Origin: an uncultured Candidatus Poseidoniales archaeon
GTDB taxonomy: Archaea > Thermoplasmatota > Poseidoniia > Poseidoniales > Poseidoniaceae
NCBI GenBank assembly: GCA_963968885.1
Contig: CAXAGT010000004.1
Span: 1-55,879, forward strand
Direction: 5' to 3'
Length of the DNA stretch: 55,879 nucleotides
Part shown: positions 7,793 through 17,468 of the stretch, piece after piece
How the letters are laid out: each line of letters begins with the position of its first letter
Position numbering within the stretch: the first letter of the stretch is position 1
Notes under the pieces: generated by a model
What the model was told of the DNA's origin: nothing
The model's database searches: none
What the model saw: the letters and a program-made list of their open reading frames with translations, nothing else
Position numbers and translations under genes: made by a program

Positions 7793-8479
7793 ATGTCCTT
7801 TTTTATTAAGGGCATGCCACAATTTGAAGTTGTAGAGTTTGAGAAAATGAAATTATTAAGAGCAACACTGCAAGGAGAGACTGTAAGGTCAGAATCCGGC
7901 GCAATGCATTACATGTTAGGAAACATCGAAATGGAATCCAAAATGCCAGGTCTTGGAAAGATGTTCAAATCAATGGCTACCGGAGAATCAGTTTTCAGAC
8001 CCACATATTCTGGTACCGGGCACATCTTTTTTGGACCAGCCACCTTTGGAGAATACAACTTTCTACAACTAAATGGCGATGCGTGGATTCTTGACAGAGG
8101 AGCATATGTCGCGTCTGATATCGGAGTTAGCGTAGATGCGCATAGGAACAAAGGAATGTCAATGATTGCTAGCGGAGAGGGCATTTTCCAAACCAAGGTT
8201 TCAGGCACTGGGATAGTCGCATACTACTCCGATGGGCCAGTTCAAGAAATTATGTTGAATAATCAAACCCTTACAGTTGATGGAAGATTTGCAGTTGCAA
8301 GGCAAGCAAGTTTGAATTTCGAAACCAAATTACTGGGCAAGGGAATTATGTCTAAGGTTAGCGGTGGAGAAGGATTTGTCAACATAATTTCCGGTACCGG
8401 AAAAGTCATGCTTTCCCCAATCCCCAATTTGTATCAAGGCATTCTAGCCAGCTTAAATCCGTTTAACCAAACAATGTGA
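7793..8479 (+). CDS. AIM24/TIGR00266-family protein
   Basis: 228 aa with the family-typical pattern: L..GE.V..ESGAM, repeated GxG-rich beta strands, and GGEGFVNIISGTGKVML. Confidence 0.7.
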   Translation: MSFFIKGMPQFEVVEFEKMKLLRATLQGETVRSESGAMHYMLGNIEMESKMPGLGKMFKSMATGESVFRPTYSGTGHIFFGPATFGEYNFLQLNGDAWILDRGAYVASDIGVSVDAHRNKGMSMIASGEGIFQTKVSGTGIVAYYSDGPVQEIMLNNQTLTVDGRFAVARQASLNFETKLLGKGIMSKVSGGEGFVNIISGTGKVMLSPIPNLYQGILASLNPFNQTM

Positions 8480-9592
8480 TCAGGATTTGAAATTCCTTAG
8501 TTTGTCTCTAAGGGATTGCTTTCTTGTAATTTCACCTTGATTGCTTTCATTTTGGCTGTTGTTTGCAATTCTTCTAGATAACAAATCTGCCTCCCAAGCA
8601 TAGAATCGTCCATCTTCACAACCAATTAGAACCCATCTTTGCTCTCCATCACTACACAGCGGTTTGCCTGAATTCATTTTAGCGATAATTTCTCCCGAGT
8701 CAGAAGAAAGACATGTTATTTCGCCACTAATACCGCTTGTTGAGCCAATAAAGACGTGATTTTTATTTCCATGAGCTCCGTCAGAGATGGCATTGATTTT
8801 TTGCAATTTTAACTGCCACATGTAATCGCCTGAACTCGAAGCAGAGGCTATCTTGCCTGATTCATATGAAGCAACAAATCCTTCAGGAATACAGATAAGA
8901 GCCTCAACAGAATCTGCTTCTGAACTCATCAATTTTTTACCATCTTGATTGATAACCTCGCCATTAGCCATTCCAAACAAGGATTGTGTTTCTCCATTGA
9001 GTCCACAGGTTATGGGCGAATCAGTATGGTGAATAATTTCGATTTCATGTGCTTTATTCAATTTTGCAATTCCGCATTTTGGCCTTCCCATCCCAAGTAG
9101 AATCTCATCCTTTGTAGAAATTATTGACCATGGTCGTTCATCAACTCTGTGAACGTGAATTTCCTCACCAGAATGAGAAAAGGTCCAAACAGCAGACTCT
9201 AAGAAATCATAGTGCTCTATGTCATATACAGATGAAACTACGTGGACAAAATCATCTGTTGCTACTAAAGCATCACTTGATCCTTCCAGAGCAGATGACC
9301 ATTCTTTCGCGCCTGATTTTTGATTTGTTGCAGTAATGTGTAATCCACTTGTTGCAAAAATCGTATTTCCCTGTGCGACAATATCACTTATTCTATCTTC
9401 CCACTTCGTTTCCCAAATCAAATCCCCGTCGTGAGAATATTGAGCAAGTTTACCATTCCATCCACCGATTATGAATGAACTTTCAGTGATTTTACAGGAT
9501 GAAACAGCCTCTCCGAAATCCCTGACCAACCAAGTCATTTCGGACAAGTCCATGGTATCGCTAAATTCGCCATTGCTTTGAGCCTTCACCAT
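8480..9592 (-). CDS. beta-propeller repeat protein (PQQ/WD40-like), function unknown
   Basis: 370 aa with repeated short strands and W/G/D turn motifs (GDLIWETKW, GAKEWSS, GDYMWQL, GRFYAWE). Family not resolved. Confidence 0.5.
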   Translation of the reverse strand: MVKAQSNGEFSDTMDLSEMTWLVRDFGEAVSSCKITESSFIIGGWNGKLAQYSHDGDLIWETKWEDRISDIVAQGNTIFATSGLHITATNQKSGAKEWSSALEGSSDALVATDDFVHVVSSVYDIEHYDFLESAVWTFSHSGEEIHVHRVDERPWSIISTKDEILLGMGRPKCGIAKLNKAHEIEIIHHTDSPITCGLNGETQSLFGMANGEVINQDGKKLMSSEADSVEALICIPEGFVASYESGKIASASSSGDYMWQLKLQKINAISDGAHGNKNHVFIGSTSGISGEITCLSSDSGEIIAKMNSGKPLCSDGEQRWVLIGCEDGRFYAWEADLLSRRIANNSQNESNQGEITRKQSLRDKLRNFKS

Positions 9593-9608
9593 GTTTGGGT
9601 CAAAAAAC

Positions 9609-10508
9609 TCAATCTTGCAGGAGTGGATTTTGTTTTGGAACTGCGAAAGTTAGTGCCAGGGCAAATAACCCAAACAAGCAGGCGATGTAATAATGCCCCA
9701 TCGAGAAAAATGCCATCAATGCAGCCCCTCTAACAAAAGCAATCATTTGAGTTTTGAAAGCCAGCCCTACGAATATGAATGAAATTGTAGCTAGCCCCAT
9801 GAAGAAGAAACCTACCATGACATACAATCCAGCAGCTCTATTGTCCATTAACGGATCTTCTCTTAGTTCATCACGCAGATCGATATATCGAATGGTACAA
9901 TTTTGTTCATCATCTTCACAACCAATACTTTCGAATTCATTTTCACTGGGAAATACGAAATTTATGTCAGTGAAACCATAAGGCTCGAACAAAGCAGGCG
10001 GAGATAGTAAAACAGGCACTGTAAAGACATCTTTGTATTCTGCCCCGTCCTTAATCACATCAACTCTAGTGAGGGCGGGCGTAAGATTTTCTTGCTCAAA
10101 ATATCCATTTTCATCGACAGATATTTGCTTCGATACCCAAGTGTTGTTTTGTTCCCATTGTATGCTAATACTCACATTCTCTACTGGATCACCATATTCA
10201 TCAAGAACAGTACCGGAAAAGATTGCTGAGTTTTCAGGCGCTCCTGCTGTGAGGGCATAAACAAATTCATCAGGTCTTATTAGGCCTGAATCTGGTGAAG
10301 CATAGTCAAGACCATTCAAGAACCCCGACATCGCAACAAATAGAATTAGTATTGAAATCCATTTTGCTCTTGCATGTAGTTCACGTTTCTCAACCTTCAA
10401 TAATATGTTTGAATTTGCAAAGACCACATTTCCAGATTCTTCGATTATGTCTGTCAAGTAATCTTTTTCTTGGTCTGGCGAAGTAGTATTCTCCACATCT
10501 TCCGCCAT
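9609..10508 (-). CDS. membrane protein with extracytoplasmic CarboxypepD_reg-like beta-sandwich
   Basis: 299 aa with one N-terminal TM and three or more C-terminal TM helices. The middle segment FSGTVLDEYGDPVENVSISI...DENGYF resembles a carboxypeptidase-regulatory-like domain. Confidence 0.5.
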   Translation of the reverse strand: MAEDVENTTSPDQEKDYLTDIIEESGNVVFANSNILLKVEKRELHARAKWISILILFVAMSGFLNGLDYASPDSGLIRPDEFVYALTAGAPENSAIFSGTVLDEYGDPVENVSISIQWEQNNTWVSKQISVDENGYFEQENLTPALTRVDVIKDGAEYKDVFTVPVLLSPPALFEPYGFTDINFVFPSENEFESIGCEDDEQNCTIRYIDLRDELREDPLMDNRAAGLYVMVGFFFMGLATISFIFVGLAFKTQMIAFVRGAALMAFFSMGHYYIACLFGLFALALTFAVPKQNPLLQD

Positions 10509-10548
10509 GATTGCTCCTAGCAGAGATATTTTTTGAACCCCTTGCTGC

Positions 10549-11973
10549 CTATTGGATTTTCCTTATCCTTCCATCCGACTTTCCAATTAACTTAGCAAGG
10601 GCTCCGGACTCACACCAAAATAAAACATCAAATCCACCATCTTTTCTTTCACTAAATTTCTGAACTAATCCGGTATCATGAACCTGGCTGAGAAACGCTC
10701 GAACGTCCCTCCCTCCTTCAGGTGGATTTGGAGTAATCTCAAGCTTTACCTTTGGGCCATACAATCTAAACAAAACCTCATTCTTCAAATGACCCATGCC
10801 AGTGCCTTTGTGTGAAGAAATCAAGAAAGGCTGGTCTAATCCCTCATCCATTACTATTTGTTCAGATATTGCAATTCTTTCGTCGGTGGCTAAATCGACT
10901 TTACTCAAAACCAACATCATTTTTTGTGTTAATGTATTCGAAGTGGGATCATCCTCATCCTCAAGAGGAGTATGGGAATCGATTTCTCTCAAAGAAGTAT
11001 AAAGTTTCCTTAACAATTCTTCCTCGTTGTCCGTTGAATCCAGAACCAAAATTAGCAAATCACACTCAAATGCCTCTGCCAGAGTTGCTCTAAAAGCCTC
11101 CAAGGTTTGACTGGGTAGGTTGTCGATAAAACCTATGGTATCTGCAAGTAGTATCCTTGGACTATCTTCCATTCTACCAATAGTCGTTTCAAGCGTAGAA
11201 AACAATTTATCTTGGACCAAAACCTGTTTTCCCGATAGATTTCGGAACAGACTAGATTTGCCAGCGTTAGTGTAACCCACCAATCCTACGGTCATCGCGC
11301 CAGATCTCACTCTTTTTTTCCTTCTCTCAGCTTGTGCTTTTGCATACTTGTTCAGCCTCTTTCTCAAGGTAGCTAGCTCTCTATTGAAATTCTGTAGGGC
11401 TGCTTGAATTCCAGTAACACCGCCTCCACCATAACCCGCTCTCTCACCAGTTGTTTCTTGATTTATCAGTTCGCGCAGAACTGTAATGTCTGAGCGCAGC
11501 CTTGCAATCCGAACCTGAGTCCTTGCCTCCAAAGATGACGCATGAGATTGAAATAAAGATAACAAAAGCCTCACTCTATCCCATACCTCTACTTCGACTT
11601 GTTTTGATATCCCAACAAGCTGTCTCGGACTTGCATTTGCATGGACTAAAATCAAATCCACACCACTCCATGGATGTTTACTAATTCTCATTTTCAACTC
11701 ATCAGAAACATCTTGTAATCTACCCTTTCCAAAGTAAGATTTAGGGTCAGGATTGCCTGATTGTGCAATGACTTCCACAATTTCAATCCCCATAGTTTTG
11801 ACAAGAGCAATAAATTCTGTCGTATCTTCTTCTCCTCTGATTAATAGGAGCGCCTTACGTCCTTCATGCTCTGAACGATATTCGCCTAATTCTACTCCAC
11901 CTGAACCTGCGATGACCCCTGCGCCATCATTTGTTCTAGGTTTCGCCATGACTAGTCCAAAAGTCATGCTCAT
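10549..11973 (-). CDS. hflX: GTPase HflX
   Basis: Contains G1 GYTNAGKSSLF and G3 DTIGFI, plus the HflX N-terminal domain and the coiled linker. An alternative start is Met9 at 11949. Confidence 0.9.
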   Translation of the reverse strand: MSMTFGLVMAKPRTNDGAGVIAGSGGVELGEYRSEHEGRKALLLIRGEEDTTEFIALVKTMGIEIVEVIAQSGNPDPKSYFGKGRLQDVSDELKMRISKHPWSGVDLILVHANASPRQLVGISKQVEVEVWDRVRLLLSLFQSHASSLEARTQVRIARLRSDITVLRELINQETTGERAGYGGGGVTGIQAALQNFNRELATLRKRLNKYAKAQAERRKKRVRSGAMTVGLVGYTNAGKSSLFRNLSGKQVLVQDKLFSTLETTIGRMEDSPRILLADTIGFIDNLPSQTLEAFRATLAEAFECDLLILVLDSTDNEEELLRKLYTSLREIDSHTPLEDEDDPTSNTLTQKMMLVLSKVDLATDERIAISEQIVMDEGLDQPFLISSHKGTGMGHLKNEVLFRLYGPKVKLEITPNPPEGGRDVRAFLSQVHDTGLVQKFSERKDGGFDVLFWCESGALAKLIGKSDGRIRKIQ

Positions 11974-11976
11974 ATC

Positions 11977-12201
11977 ATGGCTGTGCTTACCCCGTCCATG
12001 GGCGAGAGCGAAGTTGTGCTAGAATTTCCCGCTAATGCCGATGGAATTGAAAAGGCACTAGAGATTGCCAGTGAAATGAATTTACAAGTATCAAAATCAG
12101 AAACTGGTAATTTTATGATAAAAATTTCAGCAGACAATGTCCGTGAATTGCAGGAAGTTTCTGAGCGATTTCTTTCCAAAGCAACCGAATATCTCAATTG
12201 A
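11977..12201 (+). CDS. hypothetical small acidic protein (74 aa)
   Basis: Its composition is more protein-like than the antisense ORF 11970..12197. There is no recognisable family, and the start lies implausibly close to the hflX start. Confidence 0.3.
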   Translation: MAVLTPSMGESEVVLEFPANADGIEKALEIASEMNLQVSKSETGNFMIKISADNVRELQEVSERFLSKATEYLN

Positions 12202-12231
12202 TGGAATCGAAATATTGTTGAAACACCACAT

Positions 12232-13008
12232 CTAGAGATCTAAGTCTAGTATAACTGGGGCGTGGTCTGAAACCTGAAGCCCAGCCTGTCTATTTATTTC
12301 GACGTTTTTTACACATTTAGCGGCAGCAGGATTGCACAATAAGTAATCAATTCTCCACCCTCTATCTAATTCTCTAGCATTTCCTCGATTAGACCACCAA
12401 GAGTAGATCTTCACTCCTTCTCCAACCTTTTTTCTGAATGAATCAACCCATCCATCAGCCAGCAAATTCGTGAACCACTCTCTTTCTTGAGGAAGAAACC
12501 CGCTCGTCTTTTTGTTACCCCCAGGGTTCCAAATATCATCTTCTGTGTGTGCAATATTCAAATCACCAGCCACTATAACAGGCTCTTTACTATCAAGAAA
12601 TTGAGATAACCATGCTCTCCAATCATCCATCCATCTTTCTTTGAATTCCTGACGTTCACTTTTGGCTGAACCGTTTGGAAGGTAAGTGTTTATGCATGTT
12701 AATTTACCGTGTTTTGTGACTAAAATACGCCCCTCAGTGTCCTCTGGATACACATCACTTTGCATTCCTTTCCCAAGTACTTGCATTTCACGACCCAGGC
12801 TAGCAACACCAGAATAGCCCTTTTTCTGAGCAGGATGAAGCTCTGCTTCGTGCGATAATGGCCAATTCCAGCCTTTTGGAAATTGTTCTTCCAATACTCT
12901 TGTTTCTTGAAGAAGCCAAACATCAGCATCAATTTCTTCAAACCATTCATCAAATCCTTTTCTGATAGCAGCCCTAAGCCCGTTTACGTTCCAGGTGACT
13001 ACACGCAT
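12232..13008 (-). CDS. xth: exodeoxyribonuclease III (AP endonuclease)
   Basis: N-terminus MRVVTWNVNGLRA, internal LQETRV, C-terminal SDHAPV. Confidence 0.9.
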   Translation of the reverse strand: MRVVTWNVNGLRAAIRKGFDEWFEEIDADVWLLQETRVLEEQFPKGWNWPLSHEAELHPAQKKGYSGVASLGREMQVLGKGMQSDVYPEDTEGRILVTKHGKLTCINTYLPNGSAKSERQEFKERWMDDWRAWLSQFLDSKEPVIVAGDLNIAHTEDDIWNPGGNKKTSGFLPQEREWFTNLLADGWVDSFRKKVGEGVKIYSWWSNRGNARELDRGWRIDYLLCNPAAAKCVKNVEINRQAGLQVSDHAPVILDLDL

Positions 13009-13050
13009 ATTTGGCGGCTAATTTGATGGCTTTTCATGCTATCCATTGTA

Positions 13051-14142
13051 TCATTTTGCTTTTGGAAATAACCTTGCAGACTGTCTCCCACTTTCCAGTG
13101 CTGCATCAGATAAAATATGTTGACCTTTTATCCAATCTCCGGCCAAGAAGATATTATTCTGTTCGTAAAGATCTGCAGAAATTCTATTTTCATTACTCAC
13201 TCCAATGGTCACATTTTTTGTTTTCCTTATGCTAATGATGTGATCTCGCCACCCCGAGCATCTTGAATCAAGAACTTTCTCAAGCTGTTCAAGATTTTCT
13301 TCACCACTGGCATCATCAACAATTTTAAGCGCGGAAATATGAGACCCAAGACCAGTCAAATTCGGGGCAATCCTTCTCATATCGAATATTGCAACTTTTT
13401 GCTCCAAATCAATCTCTGCGTGTTTACCAGAAAATGGGTAAGAATCTAGAGCAACTTCGATAGTACTTGCAGAAATTGTGGGGATTTTAGGAAGTTGCTG
13501 TAAGCCAGAATTTGTCAATATTCTATTGCTCTCTTTCAAACCACATGCAAGGATTACATAATCTGCTATTGTATCCTTTCCGTCTTCTAGAAACACGCTC
13601 TTTCCTTCTATTTTTTTGACACTCCTGCCCTGCTCAAGATAAATACCAACTTCATCAAGTGCAAGCATGATTCTGCCGACCAATCCTTGCCAACCCTCGT
13701 TGGTACAAAGCAGATTGTTGCTTAGTAAGGCCTTCCTTCTAACGTCGGATTTAAGCCCCCATGATGAAATAAAATCAGCTGCTTGGAGTGAAGGATTTTG
13801 CACGTCATTATTCTTCAAAGCACGTTTTAATTCAATGCTCTTTCGCACATCATCCAATGGCTTTAGGGGACCGTGATTTACGATGTCTATTTTACCTGCC
13901 AGCAGGGGACTAGTCTTCGGTTTCATTCTGCTTAATTTTTTACATAATTTATGCAGCGGTCCGTTTTTGAGAAGTAAATGAGGGCCATATCCAACAGGAA
14001 TCCCGTCAAAGTCAGTACTCGCAGCTTTCCCACCTAACTGTTTTCTTTTCTCGAGAATTACAACTTGATGCCCTCTAATCGCAGACTCAAGAGCAGCACC
14101 TAATCCTGCTAGACCAGAGCCAACCACCAAGACCCGCGCCAT
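13051..14142 (-). CDS. FAD-dependent oxidoreductase (amine oxidase/phytoene desaturase-like superfamily)
   Basis: Dinucleotide fold VLVVGSGLAGLGAALESAIRGHQVVILEKRKQLGGKA. I place the start at ATG 14142 (GGTGA box upstream) rather than the GTG at 14160. Confidence 0.75.
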   Translation of the reverse strand: MARVLVVGSGLAGLGAALESAIRGHQVVILEKRKQLGGKAASTDFDGIPVGYGPHLLLKNGPLHKLCKKLSRMKPKTSPLLAGKIDIVNHGPLKPLDDVRKSIELKRALKNNDVQNPSLQAADFISSWGLKSDVRRKALLSNNLLCTNEGWQGLVGRIMLALDEVGIYLEQGRSVKKIEGKSVFLEDGKDTIADYVILACGLKESNRILTNSGLQQLPKIPTISASTIEVALDSYPFSGKHAEIDLEQKVAIFDMRRIAPNLTGLGSHISALKIVDDASGEENLEQLEKVLDSRCSGWRDHIISIRKTKNVTIGVSNENRISADLYEQNNIFLAGDWIKGQHILSDAALESGRQSARLFPKAK

Positions 14143-14258
14143 GGTACTCGATTCACCCACATCTCAAGACACATTCGCTTGTTTCAAATGCGCGTTAAAT
14201 GAGTTCAAACAAATTATCGCGCAAATGATTTCATTTGATAGAGTATTCATCGAATGTC

Positions 14259-15194
14259 ATGGCCGACAGACCACGCCTGCCACATGACCGGGGTCATTTG
14301 CTCTGGTCAAGCGAGGATGGACCAACCAGAATGCTTCAAGCGAGCATGGATAGATGGACTCAAGCAGTTCTCGGAGATGATGGAATTGACATGCCTTACA
14401 TGGGCTCGAGAGATAACTCTGAGGCTAGAATTATCGCAAGATCAGAGGGAATAATATGTGGGACGGCAGTCGTAGATTACATGCTTCAAATATGGTCTCC
14501 TGACATTAGAATCAGATGGAGAGCCAGCGACGGGAAATCGGTCCTTAATGGAGACGAAATTGCAGAACTTTCGGGACCGGAGGAAGCGATTTTGTTAATG
14601 GAAAGGAGTATTCTAAACATCCTTGGTTATCTAAGCGGTATCTCGACTGAAGCAAATAAATGGGCAAGAATAGCGCCAAAGCAGGTTGCCTGTACTAGGA
14701 AAACTGTATGGGGCTTGTTGGATAAGTGGGCTGTTCATATCGGTGGAGGATTGACTCATAGATTGAATAGAACAGAGGCAAAGATGGTTAAAGAAAACGA
14801 TCTTGCTGGATTTGATGGAGGGACACAAATAGAGAAAATTGCTAACTATTTGCAAAGTATAGATATGACATCCTTTGGCGCATTTTTGGAAATAGAAGTT
14901 CAGGAAGCAAAGGAAGCAATCGTAGCTGCTTCGATTTGGTCCCAAAGAAAGGATGAGCCAGATTTCCAGAAATTAGTCATCATGCTCGATAATTTTGGTC
15001 CGGAAGCCTCAGCAAAAGCGGTTGAGGAATTAGAGACCATGAGCCTCAGGGAATTTGTCGTCTTGGAAGCCAGTGGGGGAATATCCTTCGATTCGTTAGA
15101 TGAATGGCATGAGTGCGGATTAGATGTGGTATCAACAAGTGCAATTAACAGAGGAACTACTCCTCTTGACCTTTCTATGCTGATGAATGAATAA
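14259..15194 (+). CDS. nadC: nicotinate-nucleotide pyrophosphorylase (quinolinate phosphoribosyltransferase)
   Basis: MERSILNILGYLSGIST, TRKTVWGLLDKWAVHIGGG and MLDNF match NadC blocks. The ORF-track TTG start at 14235 is also possible. Confidence 0.85.
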   Translation: MADRPRLPHDRGHLLWSSEDGPTRMLQASMDRWTQAVLGDDGIDMPYMGSRDNSEARIIARSEGIICGTAVVDYMLQIWSPDIRIRWRASDGKSVLNGDEIAELSGPEEAILLMERSILNILGYLSGISTEANKWARIAPKQVACTRKTVWGLLDKWAVHIGGGLTHRLNRTEAKMVKENDLAGFDGGTQIEKIANYLQSIDMTSFGAFLEIEVQEAKEAIVAASIWSQRKDEPDFQKLVIMLDNFGPEASAKAVEELETMSLREFVVLEASGGISFDSLDEWHECGLDVVSTSAINRGTTPLDLSMLMNE

Positions 15195-15999
15195 TCTTCA
15201 ATTGCAAAATCAATTATTCGATACAGTCATTTGTGGAAGGAGATTGGGGATTATCATGGATGAGATTGCAGCAGACCGCTCCCATCCAAGGTATCAATCT
15301 CTATTGATGCGCCACAGGCTTGAGGTAGCAGCAAAAGAAGGATTGTTAGCAGATTCAGCAATGATTGCTCATGGGAGGGGAGAAGCATTCGACTATTTGC
15401 TTGGTGAGCAGACAATTCCAAGCGCGATGAATGCGACAAAGTTGGCTTATCAATGCCTAGCAGAAGCGAAAAAACCGGTAATTTCGCTTAACGGAAATAC
15501 GGTTGCATTAGTTGGAAAAGAGATAATGATGCTCGCAGCAAAAATAGGCTGCCCCGTCGAAATAAACATTTTTTACCGAACACCTGAAAGAATGGGGAAA
15601 TTATTTTCAAGACTCGATAACATACGCAGAAAAGAAGGCATAGATGTCGAAATACTTGGGATGAAACCCAATGCAAGGATTCCAGGATTGGAAGGTCCAA
15701 GAGCAAATTGCTGCAGAGAAGGAATACTGGATTCAGATGTAATCCTTGTACCGCTTGAGGATGGAGATCGATGCGAAGCACTGGTGGCAATGGGAAAAAC
15801 GGTGATTGTAATTGACTTGAATCCCCTTTCACGTTCAGCAAAACGAGGGACGCTTACCATTGTCGATGAGCTTTCTAGAGTCGTCAATAATATGCTGGAG
15901 TTTGATAAGGTAACCTCGGAAGTGGAATTGTCGGATTGGCATAACGAAGAAAATTTGAAGCATGCGCTTGAACATATCAATGATACGATTCAATCTTGA
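15187..15999 (+). CDS. archaeal phosphopantothenate synthetase (4-phosphopantoate--beta-alanine ligase)
   Basis: SHPRYQSLLMR and AHGRGEAFDYLLGE are hallmarks of the archaeal PPS family. An alternative start is ATG 15256, which would give the family-typical short N-terminus. Confidence 0.75.
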   Translation: MNNLQLQNQLFDTVICGRRLGIIMDEIAADRSHPRYQSLLMRHRLEVAAKEGLLADSAMIAHGRGEAFDYLLGEQTIPSAMNATKLAYQCLAEAKKPVISLNGNTVALVGKEIMMLAAKIGCPVEINIFYRTPERMGKLFSRLDNIRRKEGIDVEILGMKPNARIPGLEGPRANCCREGILDSDVILVPLEDGDRCEALVAMGKTVIVIDLNPLSRSAKRGTLTIVDELSRVVNNMLEFDKVTSEVELSDWHNEENLKHALEHINDTIQS

Positions 16000-16004
16000 T
16001 GTGT

Positions 16005-17426
16005 TCAGAAACCGCCTCCTCCGCCTCCTCCGCCACTACTGCCGTCACTGTCGAATCCGCCACTGCTTCCTGATGAATAACTAGAGCCGCCACCACTACT
16101 TCTCTCAGCATTTGTTTTTCCAAATGCATATTCAAAATCATCGAAAGATTTTCCAACCTTCCAAGAATAAATACTCGAATCAAAATTAGTTTGATTTCTA
16201 TTTTTGAATTTTTTACTAAATTGTGGAAGGCGAGAAATAAGGGCAACTTCTTTAGAAATATTTGCGGTTTCTAAATTGATATGCACGCCATTAGGTGGAG
16301 TATAATTGTTAACTAGCCTTTCTGTCGTAACGGCATGAAAAATTGAACCCGGGAATATTGATATTAATAGTAAAAAAGCACAAGTAAGAACGAACTGCAA
16401 ATTCAACACGTTAACACTAAATTGTTTGAAGTAATCATGAGAAACAACTGCAAAAATAAGAGGGATAGCGAAGATTGCACATGAACTAAAGAAGACCGAC
16501 ATTCCCGTATTTTGGTACAAATCTTCAGCTCTTTTTGCATCAGCGAAAATTTCAATTTGTTCTTTGTAAGGCTCTAGATTGAAAACATAGTCTTCAAAAT
16601 TCAAGTCATCTAACTTTCTGAACGCTTTTATTTTTTCATCATCGAGCATAGAAAACATTCCGTGCCAGTTTCCTAATTCCTTCGAGATATCTTCTGGTAT
16701 TTTTGAGAAGTTAGTCCAAATGAAATCTTGCATTAATTTCTTGTTAAATTTGCGCAGATCTTCTCTTGCGCTTGAGTATTTCAAAACATAATCTTTGAGA
16801 TAAGTAAGTAATCGACTGCGTTTGAATGCAAAATTGAATGAAAAACATATGAATAGAACAGGAAAAATCCAGAGTTTAGCAAAAACTCCTCGCCAGGTGA
16901 CTTCATAGTCATATAATATCGGCTCCATTCCAAATACGGCTGCTTCTAAACCATTATACCAATTATCTTCAGCTAGTTCTGGTTTGATTTCTCTGTCATA
17001 AACGCCTTGTACAAAATCATCTAGGTTTTGGCTAGAATAACCATTACCTAACTCAATCCAGAACCTTCGATCCTGTTCCGATAGCAGAACCAAAATCGCT
17101 TTATTTTCCATATTAGCATCATTTATTTGATAAGTATTGAATGCAAATTTCGCATACCTTTCTTCTCCCCAACCGGAAGCATTCTGGTCTTCGAATGATT
17201 CAATCGTCAACACCAAAATTGGTCTCCCAGTTTCTAAATAGATTTCATTACATCTACTATTCAGTTCTTCCCATTCCGAATCGTTGAGAATATCCGCATC
17301 ATCAATTACCCATTTCCCTGGTTCTGTAGGGGCAGCGGGGACATCAGCTGATTGACCTATTGGTAGAGATATTAAACAAATTAGAATTAAAATTGATGCA
17401 ATTTTGTTATTCACACCAATCTCCAA
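16005..17426 (-). CDS. TPM-domain membrane protein with glycine-rich C-terminal tail
   Basis: N-terminal signal/TM followed by TPM-like blocks (ILVLTIESF, ILVLLSEQDRRFWIELG). Several TM helices follow. The tail is SSGGGSSYSSGSSGGFDSDGSSGGGGGGGGF. Confidence 0.7.
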   Translation of the reverse strand: MEIGVNNKIASILILICLISLPIGQSADVPAAPTEPGKWVIDDADILNDSEWEELNSRCNEIYLETGRPILVLTIESFEDQNASGWGEERYAKFAFNTYQINDANMENKAILVLLSEQDRRFWIELGNGYSSQNLDDFVQGVYDREIKPELAEDNWYNGLEAAVFGMEPILYDYEVTWRGVFAKLWIFPVLFICFSFNFAFKRSRLLTYLKDYVLKYSSAREDLRKFNKKLMQDFIWTNFSKIPEDISKELGNWHGMFSMLDDEKIKAFRKLDDLNFEDYVFNLEPYKEQIEIFADAKRAEDLYQNTGMSVFFSSCAIFAIPLIFAVVSHDYFKQFSVNVLNLQFVLTCAFLLLISIFPGSIFHAVTTERLVNNYTPPNGVHINLETANISKEVALISRLPQFSKKFKNRNQTNFDSSIYSWKVGKSFDDFEYAFGKTNAERSSGGGSSYSSGSSGGFDSDGSSGGGGGGGGF

Positions 17427-17468
17427 GTCTACGAAGGCAGTCTGACATTTAAGTCAATTCCCGACTTC

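Noticed and set aside
11970-12197. 75-aa - strand ORF overlapping the 74-aa + strand ORF
   Set aside because: Its Ser/Thr/Ile-rich composition is not protein-like. The + strand frame is more plausible, though it is itself low confidence.
16005-16100. GGN/GCC-rich low-complexity DNA at the 3' end of the TPM gene as a repeat element
   Set aside because: It encodes the Gly/Ser-rich tail typical of TPM/YgcG-like proteins. It is not a separate repeat feature.
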